DNA of 64,000 nt from Schmidtea nova (taxonomy: Eukaryota), in contig CM097882.1 in the NCBI GenBank assembly GCA_044892505.1, positions 50,406,001-50,470,000 on the forward strand. The letters run 5' to 3'. The position numbers and the translations under genes are program-made. The notes under the pieces were generated by a model that had not been told where the DNA came from, did not search any database, and saw only the letters and a list, made by a program, of their open reading frames with translations. Below are positions 63,661-64,000 of this stretch, in pieces. Position 1 is the first letter of the stretch, and every line of letters starts with the position of its first letter.

Positions 63661-64000
63661 AAACTGAAATTTGTTTAAATAACGCGGTAATACAGCATGT
63701 AGAAAGCGCGCAAGAAGTAAACTTAAAATCATATCATGAGAAACACCAGGTAAAACAAAGTAACGACAAAACACATAAATAATTAATTAAAACACGTTTA
63801 AAAATTAAACTGAATAAAAATGCATAAAGTATACACGTTGAGAACACAAGTATGACATAAAAAAACCAATTAGGAAATTACAAATTAGGAAAAGTAACAT
63901 ACTTCAAGAATGAAAATCTCGATTTTTACCTTAACAACTCTAAAAATATAAATGAAAATCGCTTTAGATAAAAATATAGCAAATTGAATTAAATTGGAAA

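Noticed and set aside
1-64000. rRNA, tRNA or prokaryotic operons/defence systems
   Set aside because: None seen; the only tRNA-related signal is the 8-nt PBS at 46723.

Overview
Very AT-rich eukaryotic (animal) genomic DNA with four N-gaps. The 40-49 nt minimal introns and the transposon mix would fit a planarian-like flatworm; that is inference and unverified. One host gene dominates: phosphorylase kinase regulatory subunit beta (PHKB) on the minus strand, 61305 to 13774. I could read 22 coding segments with GT-AG junctions and consistent phases, giving about 1080 codons and a C-terminal CLIS CaaX motif; two junctions are hidden in gaps. Its introns are either 40-49 nt or 0.8-14 kb, and the long ones are packed with nested transposon remains: hAT (Buster and Tip-like), piggyBac, mariner, DD41D/rosa-like, pogo/Tigger, MULE, Penelope-like, LINE and Ty3/gypsy. 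The first 13 kb is a nest of gypsy, Polinton/Maverick and hAT fragments. The best leads are: two diverged half-TBP-like ORFs with tiny twin ORFs in one intron; a 682-bp TRIM-like LTR element with TG..TA termini and a 5-bp TSD; a MULE derivative that keeps an intact FLYWCH-only ORF behind a 63-bp palindrome; a hAT one stop codon from intact, inserted exactly on a rosa-like end; and a MER30-like hAT shell. All family assignments come from motif recognition by eye; no searches were run.
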